NCBI RefSeq assembly: GCF_006345805.1
Contig: NW_021836009.1
Location: forward strand, 1 to 25,945
DNA: 25,945 nucleotides
Source of the DNA: Octopus sinensis
Lineage: Eukaryota
Reading direction: 5' to 3'
Shown here: one piece after another, positions 19,815 to 25,945 of the stretch
How the letters are laid out: each line of letters starts with the position of its first letter
Position numbering within the stretch: the first letter of the stretch is position 1
Position numbers and translations under genes: made by a program
The notes under the pieces: generated by a model
The model's input: only the letters and a program-made list of their open reading frames with translations
Told to the model about the DNA's origin: nothing
Database searches by the model: none

Positions 19815-20970
19815 TCATACTAGCAGCATAACCCGGCGTTGCCCGGGTATGTAAGAGCCCCTAGTAGGCAACGACTAATCCCAATCTAGTCCTTTCCTTC
19901 TAGGGAACGAAGGCGCATGTGTAGGTTGCAATGTCTTCTCTTCACTCCCAAATAACTATCAAACAGCTATCGATAATTCAACCCAACCAATTCCTACTAG
20001 GAAGAAATTACATTCAAGACTTTATCCCCAACACCGCCACTTCTGCCAATAAGCTGCTGCAGCCGCAAGTTATTCGAATACTTTTTTTGTTTAAACTTTC
20101 TTTATAACTACCACCCCAAACGTTTTACCTTAAATTTTTGACGTACCCTAAGGGTCCTCAGACGCTACTTGCAAACTCTTGGTTTATTATAAACCGCTTT
20201 TGTCGTGTGCACCAAAAAACCTTTTCCATTCGTTTGTTCAGTTTGGTCACTTTTGACTTTTTCGTTGTTGTCACTCACATTGGTGCCTGCTTTTTTGCCG
20301 TTTTTGTATATTTTTATACATTTTAGGATACTTACCCTACATTTTCCGAGAGTTAAAAAGGTCGAGTTGCATCCCCTAAACAGTCTGTGGTTTGTGTTTA
20401 ATACACAAATCGGTTTGCTATGTGTGCCACATATGATTTAGTTAACCGATTTTTTCCAGTAATAAAGTATCCTATTGGAATAAAAAGGGCCATATAGCTC
20501 CTTGGAGCAGACATGATGCTCGCTGTGAATTAAAAAAAAATTCCTGCCAATTTGTGAAAGATATTGTCGAAAATATGTCATCTTGAATGTGAACGCGATT
20601 TCCCAAAATGGCATGATTTTATCGATTTTTTTCTGATGGTAAGGTATTGCATGGAAAACTAACGTCAGAATTAAGTTTCTTAGGGTAACATTAAGCTTCA
20701 CCATGAGTTTGGTGAAAATCGATTGCAAGTTGCGAAAACTACAACAGAAAATGCGTTGCTTATAAAAAGCTTAGATTCTCGACCCCATGTCGAACTTAGC
20801 GATTTTTTCAGAACTAGGGGAACTTTTCAAAATTTTCGCTGCGTTAGTTTTGAATTATGACATTGGGCTATGTATGTGTCAAGTTTCATCAGAATCGGTT
20901 GAAAGCCGTGGTCAGGGTGAGGGTACAACCTGACAGACACACAGACAAACTGCCGTTTATATAGAGAGAG
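19815..20970 (+). mobile_element. Non-autonomous rolling-circle element (Helitron/HINE, DINE-1/Lep1-like)
   Basis: 5' TACTAGC..ACCCGG-CGTTGC-CCGGGT hairpin (19831-19848). 3' AAGTTTCATCAGAATCGGTT..GACAGACACACAGACAAAC..TTTATATAG resembles the Lep1/DINE-type 3' end. No ORF. Exact termini are uncertain. Confidence 0.65.
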
Positions 20971-21040
20971 GTATTTATATTGTGAAATTTGATTTAATAC
21001 TAAATTGAATTTTTCCCTGTAAGTTTGGAGTTATACTCCC

Positions 21041-21133
<93 letters not shown>

Positions 21134-21135
21134 TA

Positions 21136-21516
21136 TATTCTTTTACTCTCTTACGTGTTTCAGTCATTTGACTACCGCCATTTTGGAGCACCGCCCTTAA
21201 CCCAACAAATTGTAAGCCTAGCACTTATTTTATCGGGCTCATTCGCCGAACTGCTAAGTTTATATATATGAAACGTATGTATTTGTGTGTCTGTGTTTGT
21301 ACTCGCACCCTCACATAACAGCCGATGTTGGGGTTGTGTTTAAGTCCCCGCAACTTAGCGGTTCGGCGAATATATATATATTATATATATATATATATAT
21401 ATACGACGGGCTTCTTTCACTTTCTGTCTACCAAATCCATTCACAATGCTTTGGGACTGAACCCGGACTATGTGGCCTGGGAAGAAAGCTTCTTACCTCA
21501 CAGCCATGATTGCACC
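21136..21516 (-). mobile_element. Family A SINE, diverged, internally deleted
   Basis: TTTCAGTCATTTGACT..GGAGCACCGCC tail and GGGACTGAACCC..CTTAC..CACAGCCA head. Confidence 0.85.
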
Positions 21517-21518
21517 TG

Positions 21519-21562
<44 letters not shown>

Positions 21563-21799
21563 CACTCACACACACACACACACACACATTATATATATAT
21601 ATATATAGAATAAGCACCAGTAATATGCTGGGATCTTTATGTTTATGTAAAGGAGATTCATCATTTGTTATGTTTCATGTTTCATTCTTGTTCGTTCGGG
21701 GTTTTTTTTTGGGGGGGGGGTCTTCATTTTCATGTTGTTGTTTTTTTCAGTCTCCTCTCCTTACTATTGCTCTTCCTTACTTCTCAACGATCCTTCACA

Positions 21800-22519
21800 A
21801 TTTCCCTGCTGATGATATTGCTACTGCTCCTCCTCCTCCTCCCGTCCTCCTCCTTTTTTACTCATCAACATCATGAGCATCATCATCATCATCATCATTC
21901 ATCCTTTCACCCCTTCTCCTTTGATTCCCTTCATCATCATCGTCATTATAATCATCATCATCACCATCAGTTCATTTGTATTTGCTCTATTGCAAAGTCA
22001 TTAATAAATATGTTTCTGGATCCTCTTCTTCCTCCTCCCCTTCATTTTATTTTATTCTCTTTTATGTTCTTTTCCTTTACGTTCTCCCTTCTTCTTCTTC
22101 TTCTTCTTCTTCTTCTTCTTCTTCTTCTCTTCTTCTTCTTTTCTTCTTCTTCTTCTTCATCGTCATCATCATCACTGCTATCATCAGTAAAAGCATTGTT
22201 AAAATCCTCCACAAAGCACAGTTTGATAAAAAAAAAAAGACGAAATGAAATACAACAGCAAAACAAAACAACAACACTAAGAATTCAAATAAATAATTAA
22301 ATAAATAAATAAATAAATAACGTGTATGAATGAAGAAAGAGAGGAAGATAAGGAGAAAAGAAAAGAAAAAAAACTGGATGGAGCAGACGATAGTTTGGTC
22401 ATGATGGATGGCCATTGCAAAGATTAGTTTAAATCAGAAAAATGAATTTTTACTGTGGAGAGGGAAGGGGGAAAAGAGAAAGAGAGAAAGAAGAATGAGT
22501 GAGGGAGTGATTCTGAGGT

Positions 22520-22563
<44 letters not shown>

Positions 22564-23076
22564 GCATTTGTTTAAGGAAGAATGACAAAAATAATAAAAC
22601 TGGAATTCCACATTTGAAAAAGAAAGAAAATGCTGAGAATGAATACGAATTACAATAACAACAGCAACAATAACGGTAACAGGAATAACAGCAGCAAATG
22701 ATGGCCGATAATCACGTCGGTAATAACGAATAACAATGGCAAAAATAACAACAATAACAAAACGACAAAAAGAAAAGAAAAGAAATAATAATAAAAGTTT
22801 TTTCGGTGGGCAACAAGAACAAGAGCAACGAGCAATAAGAACGATAGCAACTTCATCATCGGCAGCAGGCGCAACAACAGTTACTACTACTACAACAACT
22901 ACTACTACTACTACTATTACTACTACTACAGTTGCAGCAAAAATAATAATAACAATCACTGCAGCAGTAATAACAGTTACAACAACAAAGATTGTGAACG
23001 GGAACGACGACGACCACAACTGTCTCGACAACAAGACCTAATAGTACTGCTGTTGTTGCTGCTGCTGCTGCTGCCC

Positions 23077-23115
<39 letters not shown>

Positions 23116-23260
23116 ATACTACATCAATAGCAGCAATTACAATAACATCAGAAGTAGTGATAGGAAGCAAATAACAGCTAGTATAAAGGCAAGTTTGACT
23201 ATAACTATAGCACATAATAACCATAGCTACTAAATCTCTAATGTTATTGTCAGTTACTAA
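21800..23260. repeat. Low-complexity mosaic: (TCC)/(CAT)/(TTC)n, (GA)n, (AAC)/(TAC)/(CTG)n
   Basis: Direct reading. Confidence 0.9.
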
Positions 23261-23266
23261 AAACAA

Positions 23267-23670
23267 GGTGCAGAACTAGCTGAATCGTTAGCACGCCGGG
23301 CGAAAGGCTTTGCGGTATTTCGTCTGCCGCTACGTTCTGAGTTCAAATTCCGCCGAGGCCGACTTAGCCTTTCATCCCTTCGGGGTCGATTAAATAAGTA
23401 CCAGTTACGCACTGGCCTCGATATAATCGATTTAATCCGTTTGTCTGTCCTTGTTTGTCCTCTCTGTGTTTAGCCCCTTGTGAGTAGTAAAGAAATAGGT
23501 ATTTCGTCCGTCTTTGCCTCCTGAGTTCAAATCCTGCAGAGGTTGACTTCACTTTTTATCCTTTCGGTGGTTGATAAAATAAGTACCAGTTGAGCACTGG
23601 CGTCGATGTAATTGACTTCATCTCTCTCACGAAATTACTGGCCTTGTATCAGAATTTAAAACCGTTATTA
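23267..23670 (+). mobile_element. Family B: head, one young 184-bp tail-i unit, and the remainder of an older tail-ii copy
   Basis: GGTATTTCGTC at 23314-23324 and 23498-23508. The downstream unit is more diverged and ends GGCCTTGTATCAGAATTTAAAACC. Confidence 0.9.
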
Positions 23671-23748
23671 ATTATTAAATTATAACAAGTAACAATGGCA
23701 GGAACAACAGCTACAGCTAGAACGCGATCAAAATCAGCAACAGCAGCG

Positions 23749-24284
23749 GTGGAGGCGCAATGGCCCAGTGGTTAGGGCAGTGGACTCGCGGTCCCAAGGA
23801 CGCCGTTTCGATTCCCAAACCGGGCATTGTGAGTGTTAATAAAGCTCCACGAGGCTCCGGTGAGGTGGGGTGTGAACCCCACTGTTCTCTTTCACCACAA
23901 CTTTCTCTCACTCCTTCCTCCTACTTCTGCCACAAAGCAGAGGAACCATGGTGTAACCCACTATGGTGTGGTAAACTTTAAGACCCTAGTCTAGATTGCG
24001 AATGCTCTGTACACCAGGATGGTTCAGCTCTCCACCCGTTAAAAGCCATCGTTTACAGAATGAGGATAACAACGTAAATTTCGCGCCCGTGCAATCGCTA
24101 GTCTATCGCGTGTGGTGGGTGGATTTTCAAGTTGCCACACGCATTCTTAGTAGCTTAGAGTAGATTCGAATTAGAGATTATTCTTTGTGGCTAATGGCGG
24201 GATTCCTGATCGGAAGAAGAAGAAGAAGAAGAAGAAGAAGAAGAAGAGAAGAAGAAGAAGAAGAAGAAGAAGAAGAAGAAGAAG
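23749..24284 (+). mobile_element. Chimeric family C SINE with an alternative 3' half and a (GAA)n tail
   Basis: The head matches 14618 to ~23920, then unrelated sequence to ..GGGATTCCTGATCG(GAA)n. Candidate TSD ACAGCAGCG at 23740-23748 and 24285-24293. Confidence 0.7.
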
Positions 24285-24294
24285 ACAGCAGCGA

Positions 24295-24660
24295 CAACGT
24301 TGGCAACAAAAATTACCAATTGCAACGATAACAGGACAACAAAAACAAATCAATAATAACAACTAAGGCAAAAGCAACAGCAATATTAACAACAACAACT
24401 ACAGCAACAACAGCGTCAACAACAGAAAACATCAACTGCAAGAACAACGATATAAACAGCAGCAATGACAACAGCAACAACTAAACCGGCAACAAATGCA
24501 TAATAGCAACAACAACAAAAAAAGAGTCAGAAACAGTATAACAACAACAGCAACGATCGCAACAAAAACAATAGCAACAACTGTAACACTAGCAGCAACA
24601 ACAATATTAACGAAAACAAGAATAACAGAATTGCTAACGAATAATACGGGTAGCAATAAC
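24295..24660. repeat. (AAC)/(AGC)-rich low complexity
   Basis: Direct reading. Confidence 0.85.
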
Positions 24661-25114
24661 ATCTGCTGCCACTGGAGCCGTTAATCAATTAAATGAAACG
24701 TTTAGAAAATGTAAAGAATTTTTTTTTAAAATTATAATTTATAAAAATGTTAAGTAAAAGCATATAAAGGCGAGAAATAAAAGTATGGAAGGAAGGAAGG
24801 AAAAGAAAAACAGAATAGAGATAAAGAGAGTTGGGAGAGGAGAGTGATGGTGTGAATAGAGTGACTGTGGAAGGAGAGAAACATACTGCGAGATTGATGG
24901 ATATCGGGAGCCATGTTCGATGTTATTTTCATATTTATAAGTCAATAAACAGCATCGCATTTGAACGTAGCCATTTTTAATTGTTGTCAATAAAGAGATT
25001 AAAAAATATCAGCAACAGCATCAGCAGCAGCAGCACCACCACCACCACCGCCATTTTCCACCACCAGCAGCAGCAGTGATTGCTACACTAACTACCACAA
25101 AAGAGAAGGATAAA

Positions 25115-25333
25115 GATTTCAAATTTTGGCACACAGTGACTGCGATTTCGAAGTGGAGGGGGATAAGTTGATTACATCAATCCCAGCGCTTGAATGATAT
25201 TTATTTTATCGACCTCGAAAGGATGAAAGGCAAGGTCGACTCCCGTTGGAATTTGAACACAGAACCTAGCGACAGATGGAATGCTGCTAATTATCTTGTC
25301 CGGCATGCTAGCGTTTCTGCCAGCTCGCTGCCT
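25115..25333 (-). mobile_element. Family B SINE, full length, diverged, tail ii
   Basis: TTTCAAATTTTGGCAC..ATCGACCTCGAAAGGATGAAAGGCAAGGTCGAC..GCGTTTCTGCCAGCTCGCTGCC. Confidence 0.85.
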
Positions 25334-25335
25334 TG

Positions 25336-25383
<48 letters not shown>

Positions 25384-25906
25384 TGCTTCATACTACTAAC
25401 ACTGATTATGAGGAAAGCAAAAGCTAAGTATGTATTCAAAAGTCTCCAACAAAAAGTCAACCAGCTGTTATTTATGGATGACCTCAAACTTTATGGTAAG
25501 GATGAATCGCAAGTCCGTTCCCTCGTTTATACGGTGTATACTTTCAGTGCTGATATCAGAATGGAGTTCGGACTGAGAAAGTGTGATGTGTTAGTCTTGA
25601 AGAGAGGCAAAATCAAATACCGTCATGAGAGGTTTTAAAGCAGATAGAAGAGACGACCTATAAGTACTTGGGGATTTTGGAAATGGAAAATTGATGAAGA
25701 AAGAAATGACAGAAAAATTTAAGGTGCAGTAATTGCGCAGACTGAGGCTGATCCTTAAGTCGAAATTAAATGGATGGAATAAGATCGAAGCTATCAACAC
25801 TTGGGTGGTTTCACTCCTTAGATATGGAGCAATGGTAATCGCATGAACAGTAGACGAACTAAACAGCTTAGACAGAAAGACAAGGAAGGTGCTAACTAGA
25901 TATGGG
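25384..25906 (+). pseudogene. Reverse transcriptase fragment of an R4/Dong-like non-LTR retrotransposon
   Basis: LRK-like IMRKAKAKY, NQLLFMDDLKLYGK (FMDD at 25471-25482), FSADIRMEFGLRKC. After frameshifts: YKYLGILE, RRLRLILKSKLNGWNKIEAINTW and LDRKTRKVLTRYG. Contains stops and frameshifts. Confidence 0.85.
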
Positions 25907-25945
25907 TCATAATAATAATGATGATGATGATGAGGAGGAGGATGA

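Noticed and set aside
20880-20900. CTGATGAAAC on the minus strand as a hammerhead core
   Set aside because: There is no stem II; it is part of the Helitron-like 3' motif.

Overview
Eukaryotic, gene-poor, repeat-saturated DNA. The SINE sequences and the very high microsatellite load look like an octopus (coleoid cephalopod) genome; this is an inference from memory of such sequence, not a database result. No intact host gene is visible, and most ORFs in the track are microsatellite artefacts. Protein-coding remnants are all retroelement-derived: a Penelope-like RT-linker/GIY-YIG end (-, 1273-2080), an ORF1-only L1/Tx1-like element with a CCHC knuckle (+, 4735-6338), three decayed C2H2 fingers probably from an RTE ORF2 C-terminus (+, 15933-16220), and an R4/Dong-like RT fragment (+, 25384-25906). 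There are about 25 copies of four tRNA-derived SINE families (working labels A-D), pogo-like and hAT-like MITEs, and a Helitron/HINE-like element. The most interesting signal involves family B. One B subfamily has a 3' tail resembling the 3' end of the Tx1-like element. It forms exact ~184-bp head-to-tail arrays joined at GGTATTTCGTC inside its own tRNA-like hairpin. One array is bounded by an 11-bp target-site duplication (TSD) that also starts with GGT. This suggests a self-targeting SINE/Tx1 system. Two near-perfect fold-back palindromes (69-bp and 57-bp arms) sit at 2265-2859.
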